Part shown: positions 1 to 8,752 of the stretch, piece after piece
Numbering within the stretch: position 1 is the first letter of the stretch
Layout of the letters: the number at the start of each line of letters is the position of its first letter
Assembly (NCBI GenBank): GCA_045638685.1
Contig: JAZUBT010000007.1
Coordinates: forward strand, 59,057 to 123,056
From: Eubacteriales bacterium
GTDB taxonomy: Bacteria; Bacillota; Clostridia; Oscillospirales; CAG-272
DNA: 64,000 nt
Direction: 5' to 3'
Program-made: the position numbers and the translations under genes
The notes under the pieces: model-generated
Told to the model about the DNA's origin: nothing
What the model saw: the letters and a program-made list of their open reading frames with translations, nothing else
The model's database searches: none

Positions 1-1
1 C

Positions 2-52
2 TACACTTCTCAGATGGTTAGAACCATTAAGTACTTCGCAGAGCTTAACTAA
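2..52 (+). CDS. 3' end of an unidentified CDS entering from the left edge
   Basis: Frame 2 is open from the window edge (...YTSQMVRTIKYFAELN) with TAA at 50-52. A terminator hairpin follows about 20 nt later. Confidence 0.3.
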   Translation, partial: YTSQMVRTIKYFAELN

Positions 53-71
53 TTTAAGTTAATAAACAAAA

Positions 72-98
72 GGAGCTGAATTTTTCGGCTCCTTTTTA
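72..98 (+). terminator. Rho-independent terminator
   Basis: GGAGCTG/CGGCTCC stem (one G-U pair), loop AATTTTT, then a T-run at 93-97. Confidence 0.6.
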
Positions 99-227
99 TT
101 TTTATGTGATTTAATGGGAATTTTATTCAATAGCGCTTGAATTATTCCAATAAATAGGATATTAAAAATGCAAGATTTTCTGTAAGCTTCAGTGAAATCT
201 TGCATTTTTATCATATTTTACTGTTTA

Positions 228-1916
228 TCAGTCCTCGCCGGAAATTACGTAAGCGTAAACGGGCTGTCCGCCGTTAACAAGTGTTATCTCCGCATACGGG
301 TTAACCTTCTCGCTTATTATCTCAACAGCCTTTTCAGCTTCCGAGGCAGTTACGTCCTCCCCGTAGTAAACGGTAATTATGCTGTTCTTTTTAACAGCCT
401 CGGCAACCAGCGCAAGACATTCGTCTCTCGTATCGGTTACGTATTTTACCTTGTTTTCAACAAGTCCGAGCATCTGACCTGTCTTTATATGCTTACCGTC
501 AAACGTGGAATCGTGCGCCGCGTAGGTTATCGACGTCGTTCTGGTTTCTGCTATCTTTTCTTCCATAGCCGCTCTGTTTTCCTCAACCGAAAGGTCCTCG
601 GAGAAGGCAAACATTGCTGATACGCCCTGCGGAACGGAGACGGTCTTAATAACCTCTACCCTCTTATCGGTGGTAAGGTCTGCCGCTGCCTTAGCAACAA
701 GATAAATATTACTGTTATTCGGAAGAACGAATACAGTTTCAGCGGGCGTTGCCGCTATCGCTTTAAGCATATCTTCGGTGCTTGGGTTCATGGTCTGACC
801 GCCCGTTACGAGCTTATCAACGCCAAGGTCGGTAAATACCTCCTTAATTCCGTCGCCGGAGCAAACGCTGACAAATCCGTAAGGCTTTTCTGCGGGAACG
901 GATACAAATTCGTCCTTTTCCTCCGCCTTTTCCTCTTTAGCAATAAGTCCGGAGTGCTGATTTTTCATGTTTTCGATTTTAACGGTATAGAACGAACCGT
1001 ATTTTACAGCCTCGGAAAGAACACGTCCCGGATCGTCGGTATGAACGTGAATTTTTATAATATCGGAGTCCTCAACGAAAACTACGCTGTCTCCCGCATT
1101 AATTACAAATTCATGAAGTGCTTCAACCGTTCCCTCTCCCTCGTATTCCTTGCTCTTGGTAACTATGCACTCGGTACAGTAGGGGAAGGTTATGTTCTCG
1201 GTATCAAACTGCGAAAAATCAGCCTGTGAGGTTTCGCTGGCTTCAGAGGTGTTTTTTGCTTCAACAGGCTCGTTTTTAAGAGCTGCAAGCATTCCTCCGA
1301 GAACTGCTACGAAACCGCTTCCGCCTGCGTCAACAACGTTTGCCTGCTTTAATACGGGAAGCATATCGGGGGTTTTCGCAAGCATTTCGCGAGCCGCAGT
1401 AAGCATACCGCCGAAAAGCTCTACCATATCGTCGGTCGCGCCACCCTCTGCGCTAACCATCTCGGTGGCCTTTTCCGCGCTCGCTCTCATAACTGTAAGT
1501 ATAGTTCCCTCTTTAGGAGCCATAACAGCTTTATAAGCAAGCTCTACGCCACGCGTAAACGCAGCTGCTACTTTAACCGTATCGGCGCTTTCTGTTTCCT
1601 TAAGCTCCTTTCCTACGCCTTTAAAAAACGAGGAAAGAATAACTCCGGAGTTTCCTCTCGCTGCGCGAAGGAAGGTCTTTGCAACCTTATCCGAAACCTC
1701 GGCAAGATTTCCCTTGAAGCCTGCAAGCTCTCCGTTTCTCGCGGGAAGCATTGTAAGGCTCATATTTATTCCCGTGTCTCCGTCAGGAACAGGGAAAACG
1801 TTAAGATTATTTATTTCGTCTCTTTCGTTATCAAGCGCGTTTGACGCGGAGGTTACCATATCGCGATAAAGCTCTCCGTCAATAATCTTAGCGGTATTTA
1901 CATTATCTTTTATCAT
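228..1916 (-). CDS. yloV: DAK2 domain fusion protein (YloV family)
   Basis: 562 aa. The N-terminus has the Dak2-type motif FPVPDGDTGINM, and the C-terminal half is YloV-like. It sits downstream of a DegV gene. Confidence 0.85.
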   Translation of the reverse strand: MIKDNVNTAKIIDGELYRDMVTSASNALDNERDEINNLNVFPVPDGDTGINMSLTMLPARNGELAGFKGNLAEVSDKVAKTFLRAARGNSGVILSSFFKGVGKELKETESADTVKVAAAFTRGVELAYKAVMAPKEGTILTVMRASAEKATEMVSAEGGATDDMVELFGGMLTAAREMLAKTPDMLPVLKQANVVDAGGSGFVAVLGGMLAALKNEPVEAKNTSEASETSQADFSQFDTENITFPYCTECIVTKSKEYEGEGTVEALHEFVINAGDSVVFVEDSDIIKIHVHTDDPGRVLSEAVKYGSFYTVKIENMKNQHSGLIAKEEKAEEKDEFVSVPAEKPYGFVSVCSGDGIKEVFTDLGVDKLVTGGQTMNPSTEDMLKAIAATPAETVFVLPNNSNIYLVAKAAADLTTDKRVEVIKTVSVPQGVSAMFAFSEDLSVEENRAAMEEKIAETRTTSITYAAHDSTFDGKHIKTGQMLGLVENKVKYVTDTRDECLALVAEAVKKNSIITVYYGEDVTASEAEKAVEIISEKVNPYAEITLVNGGQPVYAYVISGED

Positions 1917-1980
1917 TGGATTTTATCCTTTTCAATTTATTTTAATGAAACGCTATACTGAATTTCAGTCTTTAAATTAC

Positions 1981-2877
1981 TTATTTCTTCTCTCTGTCAG
2001 CGCCTCTTTCGTTGTTACCGACTACGAAAACCGCAATTGTTCTGTAACCCGCGTGCGCTCCTATAACCGGACCGATATAGTTCACTATAAATTCCTTCTC
2101 CGGAAGCTCGTCCTTTATCATATCTACAAGCATATCTACGTCGTCCTCACAGTCGGCGTGGCTTATAAATATAGGCGTTTCGTTTGTATCAGCCGCCTCG
2201 GATACTATCATATCCTTAAGCTTTTTTATAGCGGGGGTACGTCCACGCATCTTATCATAGGGAGCAAGCTTTCCCTCGGGAGAAACGTAAAGCATAGGCT
2301 TTATCTGGAGCATAGAGCCGAAAAACGCTGCCGCAGAGGAAATTCTGCCACCTCTCTTAAGCTGACCGAGATCGTCAACGGTGAACTCGTGGCATATATT
2401 TTTCTTTAACTCCTCCGCATAGCTTACAAGCTCGTCAAACTCCATTCCGTTAAGTCTCTTTTTAGCAAGGAGATATACGAGAAGTCCCTGTCCGCAGGAA
2501 GCGCCGAGCGAATCAACAACCGCTATCTTACGCTCCGGATATTCCTCAGAAAGCTCCTCGGCGACTATTTTGGCGTTTTGGCAGATGCTGGAAAGCGCCG
2601 ATGAGAAGGAGATATAAACAACGTCCTTTCCCTCGTCAAGAGCAGGCTTAAACGCGTCCTCTATTTCGTAAGGGTTAAGCGCAGAGGTGGAAACGGTAGC
2701 TCCCGCCTTAAGGTCTGTGTAAAATTTCACAACCGGATATTCCGGATTATCGGGATAGCTTTTGTAGTTTTCTCCGTTTACCGAAAAGGTTATCGGAACA
2801 ACAGAGATATCAAGGTCCTTAACCTGTGCCGCGGTAAGATCGCAGCCGGAGTCTGTAATAATTACGTAATTTGCCAT
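1981..2877 (-). CDS. DegV family fatty-acid-binding protein
   Basis: 298 aa with the typical DegV start MANYVIITDSGCDLT and DegV length. Confidence 0.85.
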   Translation of the reverse strand: MANYVIITDSGCDLTAAQVKDLDISVVPITFSVNGENYKSYPDNPEYPVVKFYTDLKAGATVSTSALNPYEIEDAFKPALDEGKDVVYISFSSALSSICQNAKIVAEELSEEYPERKIAVVDSLGASCGQGLLVYLLAKKRLNGMEFDELVSYAEELKKNICHEFTVDDLGQLKRGGRISSAAAFFGSMLQIKPMLYVSPEGKLAPYDKMRGRTPAIKKLKDMIVSEAADTNETPIFISHADCEDDVDMLVDMIKDELPEKEFIVNYIGPVIGAHAGYRTIAVFVVGNNERGADREKK

Positions 2878-3065
2878 ATTTTTCAGTTCCTTTTCTTTTA
2901 TTTACTTTTTAAGTATAGACAAATGGGAAAAAATATGTTATTATTATTTTACCATATATTTTTTATAAAATCAATGCTTTCTGCATAATTAATACCGCTT
3001 TTGCGGAAAAAGTTACAAAATAAATAAAAATATTTTTTCTTTTTTAAGAAAGGACGTGGCCGAAA

Positions 3066-3572
3066 ATGAATAAATATATTGAATGCGGAGCTATCGCTAA
3101 TACTCACGGAATAGCCGGAGCCGTTAAAGCTCTTTCCTGGTGCGATTCCCCCGAGGTCCTCGCCTCTCTCCCCTCGGTATTTACCGAGCAGCTGGGAGTT
3201 TACGTCGAGCTTACCGTAGAAAGCGCCTCCGTTTACAAGGACACGGTTATCTTTACGTTTGCCGGAATAGACTCTATTGATAAAGCTGTAAGACTTAAGG
3301 GGAAAACGCTTTACGCTTTAAGAGATGACTTTCAGCTTGAGGACGGAGAATATTTTATAGCCGACCTTATCGGTCTTGAGGTTATTGACGCCGAAAGCGG
3401 CGTGGTTTACGGAAAAATCGAGGGGGTAAACACAAACGCCTCGCAAATGCTTTATGAGGTAAGAACCGAATCGGGAATAAAGCTGCTTCCCGCTGTTGAC
3501 GCTTTTATAAAGGAGATCGTTTACGAAAAATGCGTTTACGTTAATAATATCCCCGGACTTCTTGACGATTAA
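3066..3572 (+). CDS. rimM: 16S rRNA processing protein RimM
   Basis: 168 aa with RimM-like N-terminal beta-barrel and PRC-barrel layout, immediately upstream of trmD (conserved rimM-trmD synteny). Confidence 0.85.
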   Translation: MNKYIECGAIANTHGIAGAVKALSWCDSPEVLASLPSVFTEQLGVYVELTVESASVYKDTVIFTFAGIDSIDKAVRLKGKTLYALRDDFQLEDGEYFIADLIGLEVIDAESGVVYGKIEGVNTNASQMLYEVRTESGIKLLPAVDAFIKEIVYEKCVYVNNIPGLLDD

Positions 3573-3638
3573 TTTCCGATACGGCGCCGTTTAAGTTCTA
3601 TAACGAGCGCAGTCTCACCACGAAAGGACAAACTGAAA

Positions 3639-4316
3639 ATGAGATTTGATATAATGACGCTTTTCCCCGAAATGATTGAAAACGTACTAAGCGAAAGCAT
3701 TATCGGACGCGCAAGAAATAAAAACATTATCTCTGTCCACGCGCACAATATAAGGGATTATTCCGAGGACAAGCACCGCCGCGTTGACGACACTCCTTGC
3801 GGCGGCGGAAAGGGTATGCTTATGGCTGTGCCGCCGATAGACGCCTGCCACAGCGCCGTTCTTGCAAAGGCTCCGAATCTTAAAACGAAAACCGTTTATA
3901 TGTCTCCGCAGGGACGCGTTTTAACTCAGAGTGTCGCACGAGAGCTTGCGACCTACGACAGACTTATAATTCTCTGCGGTCATTACGAGGGTGTTGACCG
4001 TCGCGCCGTCGAGCTTCTCTGCGACGACGAAATCTCCATAGGAGATTACGTCTTGACAGGCGGCGAGCTTCCCGCCTGTGTGCTTGTAGATACCGTCTCG
4101 CGTATGATTGAGGGCGTTCTGTCAGACGAGGAATGCTATTCAAGGGAAAGCTTTATGAACGGTATGCTTGAATATCCGCAATATACAAGACCTATCGAAT
4201 ATAAAGGAATGACGGTTCCCGACGTTCTTCTTTCGGGAGATCACAAAAAAATCGAGCAGTGGCGTAAGGAAGCCGCTCTTGAATTAACCAAAAAGAACCG
4301 TCCCGACCTTCTTTAA
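3639..4316 (+). CDS. trmD: tRNA (guanine37-N1)-methyltransferase TrmD
   Basis: 225 aa. MRFDIMTLFPEM start, HYEGVDRR and GDYVLTGGELPA motifs. SD AAAGGA lies upstream. Confidence 0.95.
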   Translation: MRFDIMTLFPEMIENVLSESIIGRARNKNIISVHAHNIRDYSEDKHRRVDDTPCGGGKGMLMAVPPIDACHSAVLAKAPNLKTKTVYMSPQGRVLTQSVARELATYDRLIILCGHYEGVDRRAVELLCDDEISIGDYVLTGGELPACVLVDTVSRMIEGVLSDEECYSRESFMNGMLEYPQYTRPIEYKGMTVPDVLLSGDHKKIEQWRKEAALELTKKNRPDLL

Positions 4317-4421
4317 AGTCGCGGCATATCAGCTTTTAAAACATGCCGACCGACAGCAATATAAAAAGGCTTTACAGCGCCTTTTGACTGTAAAAAAATA
4401 ATATAAAAAACGGAAACCGTT

Positions 4422-5003
4422 ATGGAAAAACTTAAAATTCCCTACCCGATTATTGTTGAGGGTAAATACGATAAAATCAAGCTTTCCTCAATTACCGATG
4501 CCGATATATTCACAACCGACGGCTTTGGTATATTTACAAACGAGGAAAAGGTTACTCTTTTCAGAGCCCTTGCCGAAAAGCGCGGAAAAATTATAATTTT
4601 AACCGACAGCGACGGCGGCGGCACTATGATAAGAAGCCATTTAAAATCTCTTTTCCCCGCCGAAAAGCTTATAAATCTCTATATTCCGTCCGTTAAAGGA
4701 AAGGAAAAGCGCAAAAAAGCGCCGGGAAAGGAAGGCACTCTCGGTGTCGAGGGAACGGATACGAAAATTATTTTAGATATCCTTAAGCCCTTTGCCGATG
4801 TTGAGTTCACGCCTAAAGGCAATATCAGTAAAGCGGTAATGTACGAGTACGGGCTGACGGGCAGCGAAAACGCCTCTCTCCTCAGAGAAAAGCTTGCCGT
4901 ATCACTTGGCTTTCCCCCGAAAATCTCGCCAAACGCTCTCCTATCCGCACTCAACGTGCTCTACACTGCCGAGGAGCTTAAAAAGCTTTGCGAAAATCTA
5001 TAA
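4422..5003 (+). CDS. Toprim-domain protein (RNase M5-like / DUF4093-type)
   Basis: 193 aa. Toprim signature IIVEGKYDK ... IIILTDSDGGG, resembling RnmV-type proteins. Confidence 0.6.
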   Translation: MEKLKIPYPIIVEGKYDKIKLSSITDADIFTTDGFGIFTNEEKVTLFRALAEKRGKIIILTDSDGGGTMIRSHLKSLFPAEKLINLYIPSVKGKEKRKKAPGKEGTLGVEGTDTKIILDILKPFADVEFTPKGNISKAVMYEYGLTGSENASLLREKLAVSLGFPPKISPNALLSALNVLYTAEELKKLCENL

Positions 5004-5033
5004 GCCCCCGTGTTGTTTTCATAAAAAGTAAAA

Positions 5034-5060
5034 AGAGCTGAATTTTTCAGCTCTTTTTTT
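5034..5060. terminator. Bidirectional terminator between convergent genes
   Basis: AGAGCTG/CAGCTCT stem flanked by an A-run and a T-run. Confidence 0.6.
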
Positions 5061-5880
5061 ATTTTCTTTTTTCTCTTTTCCGTGTAAAAGCCCTGCCGAT
5101 ACCGATTATTAGAAACGCTCCGAGTGTAAAAAGGATTATATATCCGATAACATAGACAAAATGTGGCAGCCTTCCGCCGAAAAGGTTATTAAAAACGGGA
5201 TATACGAAATCGCTTTCGGGCGCAAGGTAAAACATATCGAATTTCGTTCCGTCCCCGTATATTCTGTTTAAAAACAGAGCCATTACGACAAGCACGCAAA
5301 AGATTTTATATGCGTTAAATGCGGTTTTTAAATTGTAGGAAACGGTACCGGATACAAGTATCATTACGGCCAAGATAAACATTATGCCGTGGTGCACCAT
5401 TGTCTGGACGCTTACACCGATTATAGGACTGAAAACGCTATTAGTTCCAACGAAAAGAACGACTATGGCTCCGATAAGGCTATACGTTCCGAGAAACGCC
5501 GTAAATGCCTTAAAAGGCTCCTTTTTGTTAAATTTATAAAGAGCAAAGGCGATAAAGGTAAGATAAATAGGCGTTGAACAGAATTGAAAGGGAAAGATAT
5601 ACCACGGATACGACCACGTATCGTTAGCGGGCCTATAAGACATTACAATCTGCTTATAGATTTCAAAAACGAGCATTATTATTCCCGACCAAAGCATACT
5701 GTGAGCGATAAATTTTTCGGTAATTCTTTTTCTAAAGAAAATTGCTACGAGAGAGAGCGAGAGTATTATACAGATAGAGACCGTATGAAAAACGCCGTAA
5801 GCGCGCGGCATTTCAGCTCTTATTCCGAAAAACGCAACTATTTTTTCAAACGCATTAACGGTTTCACTTAAATAATACAT
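5059..5880 (-). CDS. Polytopic membrane protein (YwaF/TMEM164-like)
   Basis: About 7 hydrophobic helices and a PFQFCS motif reminiscent of the YwaF family. Start chosen at MYYLSE (5880) because GGAGGG lies 6 nt upstream. The listed ORF extends to 5904. Confidence 0.5.
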   Translation of the reverse strand: MYYLSETVNAFEKIVAFFGIRAEMPRAYGVFHTVSICIILSLSLVAIFFRKRITEKFIAHSMLWSGIIMLVFEIYKQIVMSYRPANDTWSYPWYIFPFQFCSTPIYLTFIAFALYKFNKKEPFKAFTAFLGTYSLIGAIVVLFVGTNSVFSPIIGVSVQTMVHHGIMFILAVMILVSGTVSYNLKTAFNAYKIFCVLVVMALFLNRIYGDGTKFDMFYLAPESDFVYPVFNNLFGGRLPHFVYVIGYIILFTLGAFLIIGIGRAFTRKREKRK

Positions 5881-6133
5881 TTTCTCCCTCCTTTTTACTG
5901 GCAAATCATAATTTCATTTATATTATTACTTATTTTAGCATATAAAAAACTTTTTTTCAAGTAATAAATATGAATTTTAGCAAAAGAAAAGCATTTACGC
6001 GCCAAAAACGTCTTTTTAATGTTTTTTCGAAAAAATCCTACCGTCAAAACAGAGACAAAGGCTACCGCGACGAATTCCATAACAATTCATTGGAATAAAT
6101 ATAAAAAAGCACTGCGTAAAGGCAGTGCTTTTA

Positions 6134-6154
6134 ATGGCGGAGAGAGAGGGATTC
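6134..6154 (-). repeat. 21-nt duplicate of the tRNA-Ser 3' end (att-like scar / tRNA fragment)
   Basis: TGGCGGAGAGAGAGGGATTCG is identical to 6327-6347, the 3' end of the intact tRNA-Ser. Similarity stops inside the T-loop. Confidence 0.7.
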
Positions 6155-6326
6155 GTTCTTGAATTTTTCAAAATATTTCGTGCTCAGGCTTAGGTTATAT
6201 TTTGAAAAATTCTTCGGTCACCGCTCTAAAACGCTCCACCGGAGCCTTTTCTCGCTGCGTTCGAATCCCTTTTATTATATCCCACCCAAACAAAAAGCAC
6301 CCTCTTTCGAGGATGCTTTCTGTTTT

Positions 6327-6418
6327 TGGCGGAGAGAGAGGGATTCGAACCCTCGGTCGGGTATTAGCCGACACACGATTTCCAGTCGTGCGCCTTAGAC
6401 CAGCTCAGCCATCTCTCC
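6327..6418 (-). tRNA. tRNA-Ser (anticodon GGA), CCA encoded
   Basis: The reverse complement folds as a cloverleaf. Acceptor GGAGAGA/TCTCTCC, anticodon loop CTGGAAA, long variable arm GTCGG..CCGAC, T arm GAGGG-TTCGAAT-CCCTC, and 3' GCCA. Confidence 0.95.
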
Positions 6419-6432
6419 AAGTGAGCCTAATT

Positions 6433-6461
6433 ATTATATCATATATAAATCGGTTTGTCAA
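6433..6461 (-). promoter_or_regulatory. Sigma-A type promoter for tRNA-Ser
   Basis: Minus strand TTGACA, 17 nt spacer, TATAAT. The -10 element ends about 14 nt upstream of the mature tRNA 5' end. Confidence 0.7.
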
Positions 6462-6633
6462 GGGGTAATTTGAATTTTTTTCTTTTTTTAGCGAGCTGTC
6501 CGGAGTATTGCTTTTTTAAGGCTTTATTTCCCTACAAAACAATGAGACCGATAGCGGAAACCGTTACTGCAAGAGTGCACTCCGCCGCAAAACGTACGAA
6601 AGGTCATTCCTACTAGCCGGAGCGCCTCTCACA

Positions 6634-6797
6634 CAAAACAAAAAGGTCATACCCGCATAAGGATATGACCTTTAGCCGATCCGCCTATGACAGGTGGATC
6701 GAATAAAATAAATACCGACGCTCGGTTTAACAGCAACGTAAGCATCTACCATAAGATTGGCAGGTCATGCCACTGTTATTCCGTACGGTATCAAAGT
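6634..6797 (-). ncRNA. Candidate ~160-nt structured small RNA (class not recognised)
   Basis: Bounded by a TTTACA-17-TATAAT promoter (6804-6832, minus). The other boundary is a perfect 10-bp terminator stem AAAGGTCATA/TATGACCTTT followed by TTTTTGTTTTG (6634-6673). Internal helices are ATACCG/CGGTAT and GGCA/TGCC. There is no plausible ORF. Confidence 0.45.
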
Positions 6798-7197
6798 GTC
6801 ATTATTATACAACAAACACTTTATTTTGTAAATATACAAAACAACCTATTTTTCACCCTCATTTTTGGTCATTTTTTCGGTATTTTGACAAATCTTCCTT
6901 TTGGGGTTTAATCGAGCGACCGATATTTTATTCGACACTTTGACATTGTTTACAACTTAGACATATAATTTAAAAGGAACGTAAATTTATATTGCCGAGG
7001 AAATAAACATTCAAATGTTTTTTATTGGCATTTTAATTAAACGCTCCAAAAATCTTAGCTAAAATCTCTCATCAAGCTGCGTCCGATATTAAAACTGCGT
7101 TTTTTAGATACCACCTCACCGCTTAATGACGCTTATCTGTCTTTTTTCGGCTTATTTACGCATACGTATCGGGGCTTTTGACGAAAGAAAGCTTTAA

Positions 7198-7491
7198 ATG
7201 AAAGAACGGAGATATATTATAATGTATAATAAAACCAACACGCACCGCGGTAGGCGCTCCTCTATCGGTAACAGTGCTTGCTATAATAACGCGCCGTATA
7301 GGCGCGGCTCGGAATGTGAACCGGCAGTCCCCGTAAGCGATAGACCCTCCCTCGCTATGGTTTATTCGGTTTCACAGACCTGGCGTTATATCAGCGACGG
7401 CTGCGAGGGCTTTGACAGAGGCACCATTTTTGACGAGCTTCACAAGCCATTTTTCGGAGACAAATGTAAATGCGGAGGGGGATGCAAATGA
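7198..7491 (+). CDS. cotJA: Spore coat-associated protein CotJA
   Basis: SLAMVYSVSQTWRYI and GTIFDELHKPFFG match the CotJA signature. It is the first gene of a cotJABC triplet. CATACGTA at 7161-7168 resembles a mother-cell sigma -10 element. The start could be an internal Met. Confidence 0.8.
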   Translation: MKERRYIIMYNKTNTHRGRRSSIGNSACYNNAPYRRGSECEPAVPVSDRPSLAMVYSVSQTWRYISDGCEGFDRGTIFDELHKPFFGDKCKCGGGCK

Positions 7492-7751
7492 CAGACTGTA
7501 AAAACCGTAGTAAATTAATGAAGGAAATACAAATCGCGTCCTTTGCGGTTGTTGAAACAAATTTATATCTTGACACCCACCCGTTTGACGAAATAGCGCT
7601 CGCCGCTCTTGAAAAGTACAGCGAAATGCGTAAAACGGCGATAAAGGAATACGAGGCCCTTTACGGCCCGATATTTCCCTTTAACGTTTCCGGAGACGCC
7701 GACTGCTTTAAATGGGTAAAAGAGCCGTTTCCGTGGGAAAAGGAGGACTAA
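7482..7751 (+). CDS. cotJB: Spore coat protein CotJB
   Basis: EIQIASFAVVETNLYLDTHP...YEALYGPI is typical of CotJB. Start placed after GGAGGGGG. It overlaps the cotJA 3' end. Confidence 0.85.
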   Translation: MQMTDCKNRSKLMKEIQIASFAVVETNLYLDTHPFDEIALAALEKYSEMRKTAIKEYEALYGPIFPFNVSGDADCFKWVKEPFPWEKED

Positions 7752-7754
7752 GAC

Positions 7755-8552
7755 ATGTGGATCTATCAGAAAAACCTTCAATACCCTGTAAATATTAAAA
7801 ATCCCAATCCCGCACTTGCAAAGGTAATAATCTCCCAGCTCGGCGGCCCTGACGGTGAGGTCGGAGCCTCTCTCCGCTACCTCTCGCAGCGCTTCGGTAT
7901 GCCCTACCGCGAGGTAACGGGTATTTTAACCGACGTTGGAACGGAAGAGCTTGCGCACGTTGAAATCGTATCCACAATTCTCTATCAGCTTACCAGAAAT
8001 CTGTCGGTATGCGAGATAAAGGAAAGCGGCTTTGACACCTACTTCGTTGACCACACCGCGGGTATTTATCCTCAGGCGGCTTCGGGTATGTCTTACACTA
8101 CCGCGTTTATGCAGAGCAAGGGCGATATAATAACCGACTTAAACGAGGATCTTGCCGCGGAACAAAAGGCGCGCACAACCTACGACAACATTCTTCGTCT
8201 TACCGACGATCCCGACGTTCGCGAGCCTATTAAATTCCTTCGCGCCCGTGAGATAGTTCACTATCAGCGCTTTGCCGAGGCTCTCGGTATCGCGACCGAA
8301 AGAGCTGAATGTAAAAATAACTTCTATATCACCAACCCGTCGTTTGACGTAGGCTGCAAGCCGAACTGCACCGCAGGTCAGGGCGCGTCCTCGCAAAAGC
8401 GCGGCTGCGATACCGATATACTCCTTTCGGCTAACGTCTCCTCTCGTTCAGCTTCTGATACGGGCCGCAGAGAGTACGCTGATACAAGCCGCAGAGACTT
8501 CGCCGATAAAAACGATTTAAGATTTTTAAGAGACTGTCATAGACCGTTTTAA
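7755..8552 (+). CDS. cotJC: Spore coat protein CotJC (manganese-catalase family) with a C-terminal extension
   Basis: The MWIYQKNLQYPV...SLRYLSQRF...EELAHVE ferritin-like core covers about 190 aa. A low-complexity tail of about 70 aa follows. Confidence 0.9.
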   Translation: MWIYQKNLQYPVNIKNPNPALAKVIISQLGGPDGEVGASLRYLSQRFGMPYREVTGILTDVGTEELAHVEIVSTILYQLTRNLSVCEIKESGFDTYFVDHTAGIYPQAASGMSYTTAFMQSKGDIITDLNEDLAAEQKARTTYDNILRLTDDPDVREPIKFLRAREIVHYQRFAEALGIATERAECKNNFYITNPSFDVGCKPNCTAGQGASSQKRGCDTDILLSANVSSRSASDTGRREYADTSRRDFADKNDLRFLRDCHRPF

Positions 8553-8625
8553 AGGTTAATAGGGTTTAATAATAACCTGAAATGCACGTTTAAATAAGTA
8601 CGGGTAAAATCAGTCGTAAACTAAA

Positions 8626-8668
8626 AGCGGATATGCTCTTTTGGGCATGTCCGCTAAATTTTATTTTA
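8626..8668 (+). terminator. Terminator after cotJC
   Basis: 11-bp stem AGCGGATATGC/GCATGTCCGCT followed by a T-rich tract. Confidence 0.55.
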
Positions 8669-8752
8669 ATATTAATCGCTACAGAAAGCCTATTTTTACC
8701 GCAATATATTACTATATGCGTCTATTACCGCGTTGCAAACAATACGCAGAAA

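Noticed and set aside
192-620. ORF 192..620 (+, 142 aa) and other 60-150-aa ORFs overlapping yloV/degV
   Set aside because: They lie antisense to or overlap strongly supported genes. They have no SD and their composition is implausible.
72-5054. Similar terminators GAGCTGAATTTTTC(G/A)GCTC at 73-92 and 5035-5054
   Set aside because: They share only about 14 nt, within generic terminator architecture. This is not enough to call a repeat family.
6727-6768. 13-codon Cys-rich micro-ORF (MTCQSYGRCLRCC) inside the sRNA candidate
   Set aside because: There is no Shine-Dalgarno sequence in front of the ATG, and the ORF lies inside predicted helices. It is most likely fortuitous, but it could be revisited if ribosome profiling exists.
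6740-6797. B12-box-like strings (CATGACCTGCC, and GCCACTG on the opposite strand) suggesting a cobalamin riboswitch
   Set aside because: The matches sit immediately after the predicted TSS. None of the upstream cobalamin-aptamer elements (AGGGAA, GGTG..AA.CC, etc.) is present on either strand of 6797-7200. No regulated CDS follows.
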